Below, in pieces: positions 8,263-17,473 of a DNA stretch of 29,668 nucleotides (position 1 is its first letter; every line of letters begins with the position of its first letter). The notes under the pieces are model-generated. The model did no database searches. It was not told the origin of the DNA and saw only the letters and a list, made by a program, of their open reading frames with translations. Both the position numbers and the translations under genes were made by a program. This stretch comes from an uncultured Nitrososphaerota archaeon (GTDB lineage: Archaea; Thermoproteota; EX4484-205; JAAOZP01): assembly GCA_964416155.1 (NCBI GenBank), contig CAYQCW010000017.1, positions 1-29,668 of the forward strand. Reading direction: 5' to 3'.

Positions 8263-10083
8263 ATGAAGAGGCTTAGGGGGACGGCTGCAAGCAGTGTGAT
8301 AATACTGCTTTTAATAGTGTTTCTCGCAGCCGGATACTTGTTTCCACTGGTTTCAGCCGAACTGGAGCTAAGCATCCCGCTTTACAAGAATCCGAGGATA
8401 GACGGGGTTGTTTCAGCAGACGAGTATCCTGTTGAACAGCTCAGCCTACCCTGGGGGAGGGCTTATGCCGTCCATAATGACAGCTACCTGTTTTTCGCAA
8501 TGGTTTTGAACAATGCTTGCAGGACGGTTGACCTCCTGTTTAACACTGGTGTTTTAAACAGCACTGTCCTCACAGTCAGCACGACAAGATATGCTGTTAA
8601 CAGGTCTGGCGTGTTAAGATACTTCTACGGGCATGGGGATAAATGGCTTGAGGAGCCTGCGGGCGACGCCGTTCTCAGGGTTGTCAATAGGACTGTTTCC
8701 TGGACTGTTGAGCTAGCAATACCGTTGTCGAAGCTGGACGTTTATCCTAATACGCCTAGAACACTAGGGTTCGCCCTAATCGCCTCCGGAGCGGGGGTTA
8801 ACTATTCTTGGCCTTCTGGCGCTCTCCTAAGCAACCCGTCTAGCTGGGGCATTGTTTCCTCTCCTGACAACTGGGCGACGAGGTGTGACATTGCGCTTGA
8901 AGGAGTCTACCTGGATAAGAAGAGTCTCATCGCAGGCTCAAACTTGACTCTCATCCTGGTTTTAAGAAACAAGGGGGACGCAGCGATTCCGGACTACTTG
9001 ATAACCATCATGATTGACGATGCTTTGCTCGCGAACGCTACTGGCAGTCAGCTTGGGCTCAAAACCCCTATGGTTGAATCAGACTGGGTGCGTTTCGAGA
9101 GGATTATTCCCAATGTTACTGAGGGTAACCACGTTGTAGAAGTATTAGTTAAGGCGCTCAACGTGTTTCACGAATCTGATAAGGATAATAATTTCGGCCA
9201 GGCTAGTTTCACAGCCAGGCTCGCCAAGATAAGAGTGTTTAGCACGCCGGGTGTGACGGTTGAGCTGGATGGGGAAAGCCGGATAATAACAGATGAAACC
9301 GGGGTGGTTTTCTACGCTGCGTACGGAGCCAAGACCCTTAGGGCACAGGAAACACACCGTCCTACTGAAGGAGTAAGATACGTGTTCACCGGATGGAAAC
9401 GGGAAGACTTAACAACTGTTTCTCCAGAGCTGGTCTTGACTGTTGAGGGAGACCTTAGTCTGACGGCGGAGTACAGGAAGGAGTATCTGGTTAACCTGAG
9501 CTTCTTCGACAGGAATAATGCTCCGTTTCAACCCTCCTTTTACGTTTGCATTCTCCCCAACAACACTGTTTACAACGGGACTTTAAGAGGAATCTGGATG
9601 ACTAGGGGAGACATTAGGCTGACGATGGTTAAATACTCGGGGCTAAACGTTCTCGACGAGGCTAAGATAGAACATGTCAGCGAGCCTAGGGAGATCAGGA
9701 TTCCATGCAACATTGCAAGCGGGTTCGTCAGGATCGTGGATCCTTTCTCGATGCCTATAGAAGGCGCAGAGTTAAAGGTAGTCTTCATGAACAATACTCA
9801 GACCAAGTATGTCACTGGGCCAGGTGGCACTGTCAACATAAGCAGGGTTGCCGGAGGGGAGCTGACGCTTACAGTAACCAACCTAGGGTACTCGGCAACC
9901 GTTAAGGTAAGCTTCCTGACGGAGAGGGAAGTAACAGTAAGGATACCCATGTCGCTGAACGTGGTTCTCATAATAGTCGGAGTCTTTTTAATCATGGTTG
10001 CGATAATAGCGTTTAAAATACTTCGCGGGAGAGAAAGGCTGGCGCCGAGGAAGGCTGAAGAATACGAGTTTGAAGAACTATAG
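8263..10083 (+). CDS. Secreted, C-terminally anchored surface glycoprotein (CBM9/DOMON-like + CARDB + Ig-like domains)
   Basis: Signal peptide to ~VSA; PRIDGVVSADEY...WTVELAIPL (CBM9/DOMON-like); VLRNKG...HESDKDNN (CARDB); YVFTGW repeat; C-terminal TM helix with basic tail; about 13 N-x-S/T sequons. Confidence 0.75.
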   Translation: MKRLRGTAASSVIILLLIVFLAAGYLFPLVSAELELSIPLYKNPRIDGVVSADEYPVEQLSLPWGRAYAVHNDSYLFFAMVLNNACRTVDLLFNTGVLNSTVLTVSTTRYAVNRSGVLRYFYGHGDKWLEEPAGDAVLRVVNRTVSWTVELAIPLSKLDVYPNTPRTLGFALIASGAGVNYSWPSGALLSNPSSWGIVSSPDNWATRCDIALEGVYLDKKSLIAGSNLTLILVLRNKGDAAIPDYLITIMIDDALLANATGSQLGLKTPMVESDWVRFERIIPNVTEGNHVVEVLVKALNVFHESDKDNNFGQASFTARLAKIRVFSTPGVTVELDGESRIITDETGVVFYAAYGAKTLRAQETHRPTEGVRYVFTGWKREDLTTVSPELVLTVEGDLSLTAEYRKEYLVNLSFFDRNNAPFQPSFYVCILPNNTVYNGTLRGIWMTRGDIRLTMVKYSGLNVLDEAKIEHVSEPREIRIPCNIASGFVRIVDPFSMPIEGAELKVVFMNNTQTKYVTGPGGTVNISRVAGGELTLTVTNLGYSATVKVSFLTEREVTVRIPMSLNVVLIIVGVFLIMVAIIAFKILRGRERLAPRKAEEYEFEEL

Positions 10084-10099
10084 TGTTAAACCGCTGTCT

Positions 10100-10348
10100 T
10101 CACTCATCCTTCAAACCTTCTGAAGAGCCTAGCGTCTCCTCGAAGAACCTGCGGAGGTCTTCAAGCGGCGTCAGTTCAAGCGAGCCTTCAAGAGGAGCCT
10201 CACCGGTGATAGCCTGACCGCCGGCCTGCTCATACGTGAGCCTAAGGGTTTCCAAGTTTTTCAGATCTGTTTCACCCGTAATCGTTAGGTATGCGAGCCT
10301 CACCAAGACCTCGGCGTCTAGAAGTATGCGGGGCTCTTTACGCGGCAA
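10100..10348 (-). CDS. Small hypothetical protein
   Basis: 82-aa ORF with TTG start and its own BRE/TATA (AAAAAGATTTTTATA, 10389..10375); convergent with the surface protein gene. Confidence 0.55.
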   Translation of the reverse strand: MPRKEPRILLDAEVLVRLAYLTITGETDLKNLETLRLTYEQAGGQAITGEAPLEGSLELTPLEDLRRFFEETLGSSEGLKDE

Positions 10349-10504
10349 CCTGTTTTCCAGAACACTCGAAAACGTATAAAAATCTTTTTAGCCTTGCTTA
10401 ACGCGACTGTAGATGCTTTTATTAGCCGGTTCTCCCATCTCGCTTTTCCGATATGAAGGGTTCAGCGGCTGAAGTAATTATTACGAATATAAAACATGAC
10501 GGCA

Positions 10505-10525
10505 GAGACATGTTAACCATGTCTC
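10505..10525. promoter_or_regulatory. Perfect inverted repeat, candidate TF operator upstream of the sugar-acid cassette
   Basis: GAGACATG-TTAAC-CATGTCTC just upstream of BRE/TATA AAGAGG-TTATTAAG (10530-10543). Confidence 0.5.
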
Positions 10526-10566
10526 GACGAAGAGGTTATTAAGAAGAGTTTGAAAACAATGAGACA

Positions 10567-12084
10567 GTGTTAAAAATGAGTTTAGTTCTAACGATCGACG
10601 TAGGCAGTACTAATATGAAAGGCCTTGTTATAAGTAGCGATGGGAAAGTTATTGAGAGACTGGTTCACGAGATAAGGCTTTACTTAGAAAACAGGTTTGC
10701 TGGACACGAGCCAAAAGAACTTTTAGAATGTTTCACCTTTATGCTGAATCATTTCGGCAAAAAATACGGGGGAAGCATCGAAGCAATAGCAGTGACGTCT
10801 TACAACCATAGCATGCTTCTTGCAGACAAGAATGGAACGCCTTTAACTAGAGTGATAACGTACCACGACACTAGGGCAGCAGAGGTTGAAAGAGAGTTAC
10901 TGGAAAAAGCTAATCCTTATGAAATATACGAGGAAACCGGGGCTCCTCCGATATTTGTATTCGTGCCATACAAACTATATTGGTTCATGAAAAAGGATCC
11001 TAGCGTTTTTAAAGAGGCCAGATATTTTTTGTTTTGCAAGGATTATTTACTTTGGAAGACTGGTTTAACAAGTGAGCCGTATATAGATCTTGCTACAGCC
11101 AGTGGGGGCGGGGTCGTTAACCTCAGGAAACTTAAGTATAGCGAGAAAGTGCTTAACCTGCTCGGTATAGATGAAAACAGGTTTCCAAGACTGTGCGAGG
11201 GTGGGGAAATTTTCAACACTATTCCGCCTAAGGCTTGCGAGGGATATGGGTTTAATCCGGATGCGAAAATCGTGTTTGCAACGTTTGACGGTGCAGCGCA
11301 GAATTTGGGCCTGGGTTTAACTGAAGGCGGCACAGTTTTAAACATCGGGAGCACCGGGGTTATTAGAAAGCTTTCAAGAAAAATGGTTCTCGACAAGAGT
11401 TTAGAAATGCGGTTCTTCACTTATTATGCGGCAAACGGGCTCTACGCGCTGGGAGGAGCTTCAAATAGTGGTGGAGACTGTTTAAGATGGTTTAGGGACA
11501 ATTTCGGCCAGATGGAGACTCTAATCGGCAGTAACGTCGGCAAAGACCCTTACAGTATTCTCGACCTGGAAGCGGAAAAAGTATCTCCAGGTTCAGAAGG
11601 CCTCATCTTTCTGCCTTTTCTTACTGGCGAAAGGTTTCCATACAGGGATCCGAGTTTAACAGGTGCTTTCCTCGGCATCTCCAGAAGATGCGGTAGAGCT
11701 CACTTTATAAGATCGATAATGGAGGGAGTAGGATATGTCATTAGAGCGATTGCCGAAGCACTTTCTGAAAACTCAATAAGCTTAGATGAAGTATACCTGG
11801 TGGGAGGGGGTTCAAAGTCTAGATTATGGGCGCAAATCCTTGCAGATATTCTCGGCAGCGGGATTAACGTTGTAGAAATGGGTGAGGATGCTGCCAATTA
11901 CGGTGCAGCAGCATTAGCATTTAATGCTTTAAGTCTCTCAAGCATAGAAGAGTTTTCAAATAAATGGGTTAACGTTAGGGAAAAAGTTGTACCCATAGAG
12001 AAGAATAGAATGGTTTATGAAGAGAACTACGATGCTTTCGTTGAACTCGTTAAGCTGTTGAGAAGCTTGAAGAAAAAGCGTTAG
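10567..12084 (+). CDS. FGGY-family carbohydrate kinase, gluconokinase-like
   Basis: IDVGSTNMK, YHDTRA, FDGAAQNLG, GGASNSGGDCLRWFRD, LPFLTGERFP and GGGSKSRLWAQILAD. The start may be ATG 10576. Confidence 0.85.
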   Translation: MLKMSLVLTIDVGSTNMKGLVISSDGKVIERLVHEIRLYLENRFAGHEPKELLECFTFMLNHFGKKYGGSIEAIAVTSYNHSMLLADKNGTPLTRVITYHDTRAAEVERELLEKANPYEIYEETGAPPIFVFVPYKLYWFMKKDPSVFKEARYFLFCKDYLLWKTGLTSEPYIDLATASGGGVVNLRKLKYSEKVLNLLGIDENRFPRLCEGGEIFNTIPPKACEGYGFNPDAKIVFATFDGAAQNLGLGLTEGGTVLNIGSTGVIRKLSRKMVLDKSLEMRFFTYYAANGLYALGGASNSGGDCLRWFRDNFGQMETLIGSNVGKDPYSILDLEAEKVSPGSEGLIFLPFLTGERFPYRDPSLTGAFLGISRRCGRAHFIRSIMEGVGYVIRAIAEALSENSISLDEVYLVGGGSKSRLWAQILADILGSGINVVEMGEDAANYGAAALAFNALSLSSIEEFSNKWVNVREKVVPIEKNRMVYEENYDAFVELVKLLRSLKKKR

Positions 12085-12141
12085 AAAAACATAAAGATAA
12101 AACTTATATAGTTTGGATTTTGACTGGATTAGAGCATAGTT

Positions 12142-13041
12142 ATGTATCCCGAGGGCATTGTTGTGGCGATAATAACTCCACTTAAAAATGACGTTGAAGT
12201 TGACGGAGAGGGAGTGGCTTCGCTAATAAACTTCTTAACTGAGAAAGGGGTTAAAGGTTTTTTCGTCCTCGGGACCTACGGTGAAGGAATACTAATAAGT
12301 AAAGGCGAACGCGAAAGGATGCTTGAAAAAGTGGTTGAAAACGTTCCAGATAAAGCCAGCGTCATTGCTCACGTTGGCGCGACAGATGTAGAGACTGCTC
12401 TTGAGCTGGCGAAACATGCGGAAAAACTGGAGATCAGTGCAATCAGTTCCGTAGGCCCGATCTATCATAAACCAGGTAAAGCAGGGTTGATTTCTTACTA
12501 TGGCTATCTTTCAAAAGCGGGGGCTCCATTAATGGTGTACAACAATAAGGGGAGACAGGGATATAATATTTCGCCGAGCGATTTCGAATCTATAATTAAG
12601 GAGGTTCCGAGCGTAATGGGTATAAAGGATACGAGTTACGATGTGGAGCAGCTTCAAAATTATATAGACATGTTTGGGAAGACTCATTATGTTGCGGGAG
12701 CCGGGGACTCGCTAATAGCAGTGACTTTTCTAATCGGGGCTAGGGCTCATATTTGCGGTATAGCCAACGCGTTTCCAGAAATTCCTTTATCGGTTTATTC
12801 TGCCGTTAAAAACGGGGATGTTAAAAAAGCCTTCGAGCTTCAAATCATTGTAAACAGAATCAGGAGGGAATTAAGTAAATTCGGGGTTGAAACCCAGGTT
12901 GTTCTGAGGGAAATACTTAGACTCAGAGGGGTTGACGTCGGGATGTCTCCAATACAGTTGAGGAAACTCACTGAAGACGAAAAGTTAGAGATCAAGAGAA
13001 TCTCTGAGCCTTATATTGAATATGCAGAAGACTTAAAGTGA
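12142..13041 (+). CDS. DHDPS/NAL-superfamily lyase (KDG-aldolase-like)
   Basis: AIITP, GTYGEG, VYN (catalytic Tyr) and GIKDTS (Schiff-base Lys). Confidence 0.85.
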   Translation: MYPEGIVVAIITPLKNDVEVDGEGVASLINFLTEKGVKGFFVLGTYGEGILISKGERERMLEKVVENVPDKASVIAHVGATDVETALELAKHAEKLEISAISSVGPIYHKPGKAGLISYYGYLSKAGAPLMVYNNKGRQGYNISPSDFESIIKEVPSVMGIKDTSYDVEQLQNYIDMFGKTHYVAGAGDSLIAVTFLIGARAHICGIANAFPEIPLSVYSAVKNGDVKKAFELQIIVNRIRRELSKFGVETQVVLREILRLRGVDVGMSPIQLRKLTEDEKLEIKRISEPYIEYAEDLK

Positions 13042-14054
13042 GGAAGATGAAGCCCCGTGTAGCAATCGTCAACTCTAAATCCTTTGGAAGGTTCACTGAT
13101 GCTGTAAGTAGGCTTGCAACAAGATGCATCGTGGATCAAATCGAAGTTGCAAAAAATGTATTGGGGGAAGAATTGGCTGAGAAGCTCTCCGGATACCATT
13201 TTGTTGTGGCAAGCGTGACACCACGGTATGGTGAAGATTTCTTTGAAAGTAATTCAGACGTAGTAATGATTTTAAGACATGGCATAGGTCTCGACAATGT
13301 TGATTTAAAGGCAGCGGGGGAACACGGGGTGAAAATCGTCGCTGTACCCGGGTATAAAGAAAGGGAGGCTGTTGCTGAGCATACTATAGCTTTAATGCTT
13401 TCCGCGTTGAGGCGCGTCGTAGAAGCGAATGATTCTGTTAGAAAAGGCGAATGGCAAGAGCGTGCTAAATTCGTGAGTAGAAACATGAGCAGCCTCACAA
13501 TCGGTATCTTAGGTTTCGGCAATATTGGCTCTAAAGTGGCTGAAATTCTTAGAAAAGGATTTGGTTCAAAAGTAATTGCTTACGATCCCTATGTGCAGGA
13601 GGGGAAAATGAGGGCTCTTGGGGTTGACCCGGTTAACAGTGTTGCTGAACTTATGGCTGAAAGCGACATAGTTACGCTTCATGCAAATCTTACTCCCGAA
13701 ACATACCGCATCATCGACAGAGAAACTCTGATGGGTGCGAGGAGAGGAATTATAATGGTTAATACTGCAAGAGGGGAACTCGTAGACCAGGATGCTCTTG
13801 TTGAAGCCATAGAGAAAGGCGTTGTGAGTGCAGCGGCATTGGATGTTGTTGAAAATGAGCCGATAGGTCTTGAACACCCGCTTCTGAAGTATAGTAGTGT
13901 CGTGATTAGCCCCCATATAGCAGCATATACTCGGGAAGCACTGGCAGCTATGGACGAGACAATAGTTGAAGCAATCTTCAACTATTTAGACAAGAAACCA
14001 ATCGAGGGTATTGTTGTAGACCCTGTGAAGTGTAGAAACTTAAAAATTACATAG
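13038..14054 (+). CDS. NAD-dependent D-2-hydroxyacid dehydrogenase
   Basis: RHGIGLDNVD, GFGNIG...YDP, NTARG, DVVENEP and SPHIAAYT (Arg/Glu/His triad); GTGA overlap with the upstream gene. Confidence 0.9.
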   Translation: MRKMKPRVAIVNSKSFGRFTDAVSRLATRCIVDQIEVAKNVLGEELAEKLSGYHFVVASVTPRYGEDFFESNSDVVMILRHGIGLDNVDLKAAGEHGVKIVAVPGYKEREAVAEHTIALMLSALRRVVEANDSVRKGEWQERAKFVSRNMSSLTIGILGFGNIGSKVAEILRKGFGSKVIAYDPYVQEGKMRALGVDPVNSVAELMAESDIVTLHANLTPETYRIIDRETLMGARRGIIMVNTARGELVDQDALVEAIEKGVVSAAALDVVENEPIGLEHPLLKYSSVVISPHIAAYTREALAAMDETIVEAIFNYLDKKPIEGIVVDPVKCRNLKIT

Positions 14055-14235
14055 TTTTGATTAATACGACACTGGGACAGCATCATTGCTAAAATCAGAC
14101 CCGTGGAGGGTGATTTCTGTTAGAATTTCGAGATGAAGAATGTGTTGAACCAGTAAATGAATCAACATAGCTATATTTGCCGCAAGTATTCTAAAACCCG
14201 AAAAGCTTTTAAACGCCAGCCGCTTTTCCTTGCAT

Positions 14236-14814
14236 ATGAGTCTCAGCGGAAAGAATGTAGTCATAATTGTAGCTAATGAGTTTGAGGATGTTGAGTTGCT
14301 TTATCCTTTACTGCGGTTGAGCGAAGAAGGAGCCAAGGTCATCGTCGTGCCGGTTAAGAGCGGGCTGCATCCAAGGCCTTCTGCTGAGAAGCCTGTATCC
14401 GGCAGATATGGAACGCCGGTGCCTCTCGAAGTCATGGCTCCTGGTAGGCGTTACATCATAAAGATGCTTGAAGAGATAAAACCGGAGGAGGTGGATTGCC
14501 TCCTTTTCCCCGGCGGATTCTCCCCAGATGCCTTGCGGATCGATAAGAAGGTCGTTGAGCTGGTTAGGAGAGTGAACCAGCTTGGGAAGCTGATAGCAGC
14601 CATCTGTCATGGGCCACAGGTACTGATTTCAGCAAGCATAGTTAAGGGCAAGAGAGTCACGGCATATGAGGCTGTTAGGGATGATCTGATTAACGCGGGC
14701 GCGGTTTTCGAAGACGTTCCGGCCGTTAGGGATGGAAACATAGTGACCGGAAGGGTTCCCGATGATCTTCCCGAGTTCTGCAGAGAAATAATCTCCTTCC
14801 TCTCAAAGCAGTGA
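14236..14814 (+). CDS. PfpI/DJ-1 family protein (type 1 glutamine amidotransferase-like)
   Basis: EFEDVE, FPGG and AICHGP nucleophile elbow; promoter GAAAAGCTTTTAAA at 14200-14213. Confidence 0.9.
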   Translation: MSLSGKNVVIIVANEFEDVELLYPLLRLSEEGAKVIVVPVKSGLHPRPSAEKPVSGRYGTPVPLEVMAPGRRYIIKMLEEIKPEEVDCLLFPGGFSPDALRIDKKVVELVRRVNQLGKLIAAICHGPQVLISASIVKGKRVTAYEAVRDDLINAGAVFEDVPAVRDGNIVTGRVPDDLPEFCREIISFLSKQ

Positions 14815-14891
14815 AGTCGCTGACTAAACATTAGTAGGGAAAGGAACCTTCTGCTTTCAACCTTCAGATTAAACCCTGAATCAAGCACCCA

Positions 14892-15731
14892 TTATTTAAA
14901 CCGGGTTAGAAGCCTCTTCATTTTCAACGCGTCAACCTCTAGCAGGGGGGACTCACATATTATGATGAAAGAATATCCTTTTTCAACTATTATTTCAGCA
15001 AGCTTTCTGAAGTCAGGCCCGTAACCGCTTCCCAGAGGATGATGCCGCTTCTCCCCGAAACCCTTCAAAGTAGTCTCAACCTCTGAGAAATGAACCACCA
15101 GGTTTCTCATTTTCTCGCTTCCAAGCGTTTTCTCAACCGTGTCGAGAATCCTCTCGTAGTCGCCGCGGCTCTTAACCGCACCGCCCATTCTGGCGTGAAT
15201 ATGGGCGAAATCAAGAGTAAGCCTAACGTTTTCAAAAGTGTTTGAAATCTCGATCAATTCTTCAAGCGTCCCAAACTGTTCCGGCTTGCCCGTTGTCTCC
15301 GGCCCCAGCTCCACGCTGATCCTTTTCTCACCCATCTTCTCCAGCAAGTTTTTAAAAGCCTCCTTCTGTATCTGCATCGCAAGCTCCCTGGGCAGCCCAC
15401 TGTAGTAGCCTGGGTGGAAAGTAACGTGGAAGGCTCCCATCCAGGAGGCTATTTCAACAGACTTGACAAGCCTCTGAATGCTCTGTTTTCTGACGAGCTT
15501 CCTGCCTGAGGACAGGTTTATCGCATATGGGCCGTGGAGAGTCAGGAGAATATTGTTCTCGGATGCGGCTGAGCCGAGCTCTACGGCTGGCTTCCTGCTT
15601 ATCCTCAGGCTCCTAACAGCCTGGTATTCCATCGCTTCAAGCCCTATCTCCCTTAGATAGGGCATCGCACCAGTCCCGTGGGGCCCCTTCAAGGGGAACC
15701 CGGCTGGCCCAATTCTACATTTATGCGGCAA
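14892..15731 (-). CDS. nfo: Endonuclease IV (AP endonuclease 2, TIM barrel)
   Basis: RIGPAG, LHGPYAINL, FHPGYY, PETTGK, DFAHIHAR, HFSE, RHHPL and ICESP. Confidence 0.85.
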   Translation of the reverse strand: MPHKCRIGPAGFPLKGPHGTGAMPYLREIGLEAMEYQAVRSLRISRKPAVELGSAASENNILLTLHGPYAINLSSGRKLVRKQSIQRLVKSVEIASWMGAFHVTFHPGYYSGLPRELAMQIQKEAFKNLLEKMGEKRISVELGPETTGKPEQFGTLEELIEISNTFENVRLTLDFAHIHARMGGAVKSRGDYERILDTVEKTLGSEKMRNLVVHFSEVETTLKGFGEKRHHPLGSGYGPDFRKLAEIIVEKGYSFIIICESPLLEVDALKMKRLLTRFK

Positions 15732-15813
15732 TGCTGAAGAATACGCGGGAGTGTTTTTTTAAACATTAAGCCGGGTGGTTTGCAACCATAGGGAAGATTC
15801 GTGTGAAAAATGG

Positions 15814-16293
15814 TTAACCCGTAGACTGGGTTTGCGCAGCCCCAGCCTCTTTTTCCGCAAGGAGCCTCCTATAGTATTCAACCCAGCTGTCGTCGACCGG
15901 TCTAAACTTGAAGCCGTAGCTTATTATCCCCCCGTCATCCTGTTCGAAAAGCTTTCTGAAGCAGGCTTCAACCTTCATCCCTATGTGCACGTCTTCAGGC
16001 TTGCAGTCCACTATTTGCGAGAGAACCCTCGGGCCCTCTTCGAGCTCAATCAACCCTATGACGTACGGGGCGTACTCCTCGAAGGTTTTAGAACCGACGT
16101 GGATTACTGTGTAGCTGAAAACCCTGCCCCTTCCTGAGAACTCGACCTCCTTGGTTCTTCCTCTCCTCCGGCACTTCGGGCAGATCTTCCTAGGTGGGAA
16201 GAAGCTTGTCTCACAGTTTTCGCAGTAAGTGCCGAGAAGCCTGTATCTTTCCCTAAGGCTCCTCCAGTGTCTAGGCACTCCGGAAACACCCAT
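15814..16293 (-). CDS. DUF35 Zn-ribbon/OB-fold scaffold of the thiolase-HMG-CoA synthase complex
   Basis: CENC...CPKC, GRVFSYTVI, IGMKVEACFRK and YGFKFRP; immediately after the thiolase. Confidence 0.92.
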   Translation of the reverse strand: MGVSGVPRHWRSLRERYRLLGTYCENCETSFFPPRKICPKCRRRGRTKEVEFSGRGRVFSYTVIHVGSKTFEEYAPYVIGLIELEEGPRVLSQIVDCKPEDVHIGMKVEACFRKLFEQDDGGIISYGFKFRPVDDSWVEYYRRLLAEKEAGAAQTQSTG

Positions 16294-16299
16294 GTTGTT

Positions 16300-17466
16300 T
16301 CACCTCCTTGAAAGTATGGTTACGACTGCGGTGGCGCCCGACCCGCCTACATTGTGCGCCAAGCCAAGCTCTGCCCCGTCAACCTGCCTGCCACCCTCCA
16401 CCTCCCCCCTCAGCTGCTTCACGATCTCAACTATCTGTTTTACTCCGGTTGCGCCAACCGCATGCCCACCTGCCTTCAGCCCCCCGTCAGTATTCACCGG
16501 CAGCCTGCCTCCAACATAGGTCTCCCCCTCCTCGTAAAGCTTGAACGCCTCCCCTTTGGCGCAGAAGCCAAGGTCCTCTAGAGCAAGTATCTCAGCTATG
16601 GTGAAGCAGTCGTGCACCTCAACTAGGTCAATATCCCTCCTGGTGAGCTTAGCCATTGCGAAAGCTTTCTCCGCAGCGTGCACCGTCGCATTAAGGGTGC
16701 ATATGTCCCTTCTTTCAAGGAGGCTGAGCGTGTCTGATGCTTGCGCAACAGCCTTAACGATTATCGGCGTGTCCGTGTATTTACGCGCCTCGTCTAGCGG
16801 TGCAAGCAGCACGCAGGCAGCGCCGTCTGAAACAGGGCAGCAGTCGTTCCTCCTCAACGGATGGGCTACGACGGGGGAGGAGAGAACGTCCTCCACAGTT
16901 ATCCTGTTTCTGAAGTGTGCAAGCGGGTTCATGCTTCCATGGTAATGGTTTTTAACAGCCACTTTAGCGAGCGTCTCCGGCTTAAGACTGTAATCATGCA
17001 TATACCTGGTTGCCATCAGCGCGTAGACGCCTGGGAAAGTGGCGCCGAAGTATGCTTCCCACTCGTAGTCCATTGCTGCCGAAAGAATCTCCGTTGCCTG
17101 CCCGGGTTCAACGTCAGTCATCTTCTCAACCCCGCCAACAGCCACAAGGTCATACATGCCTGACGCTACAGCCAAGTAGCCTTGGAAGAAAGCCACTCCA
17201 CCGGAGGCGCATGCTGCCTCAACCCTCGTGGCCGGCACAGGGTTCAACCCTAGGAACTCCGCCACAAGGGCTCCAACATGCTCCTGTCCCTCGAACATTC
17301 CTCCAGACATGTTTCCGAAAACAATGTACTGAATATCCCTCCCACTTATCCCGGCCTCTTCAACAGCCTGAACCCCGGCTTCCCACGCCAAGTCCTTAAG
17401 ACCCTTGCTCCAGTGTTCCCCGAACCTTGTTGCGCCGACAGCCACTATTGCGACCTCTCTCTTCAA
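16300..17466 (-). CDS. Archaeal acetoacetyl-CoA thiolase
   Basis: EAACASG, EVHDCF, GHAVGATG and HNVGG. Start reassigned to TTG 17466, after GAGGTGA SD and 7 nt past the HMGCS stop. Confidence 0.92.
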   Translation of the reverse strand: MKREVAIVAVGATRFGEHWSKGLKDLAWEAGVQAVEEAGISGRDIQYIVFGNMSGGMFEGQEHVGALVAEFLGLNPVPATRVEAACASGGVAFFQGYLAVASGMYDLVAVGGVEKMTDVEPGQATEILSAAMDYEWEAYFGATFPGVYALMATRYMHDYSLKPETLAKVAVKNHYHGSMNPLAHFRNRITVEDVLSSPVVAHPLRRNDCCPVSDGAACVLLAPLDEARKYTDTPIIVKAVAQASDTLSLLERRDICTLNATVHAAEKAFAMAKLTRRDIDLVEVHDCFTIAEILALEDLGFCAKGEAFKLYEEGETYVGGRLPVNTDGGLKAGGHAVGATGVKQIVEIVKQLRGEVEGGRQVDGAELGLAHNVGGSGATAVVTILSRR

Positions 17467-17473
17467 ACCGTGA

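Noticed and set aside
10453-10499. Possible C/D-box sRNA (ATGAAGG...CTGA...ATGA)
   Set aside because: Degenerate C and D boxes, short first guide and no convincing C' box.
14061-14264. 67-aa ORF and a possible C/D-box sRNA (ATGAAGA near 14133)
   Set aside because: The ORF overlaps the PfpI start and promoter; no CTGA D/D' boxes at proper spacing.
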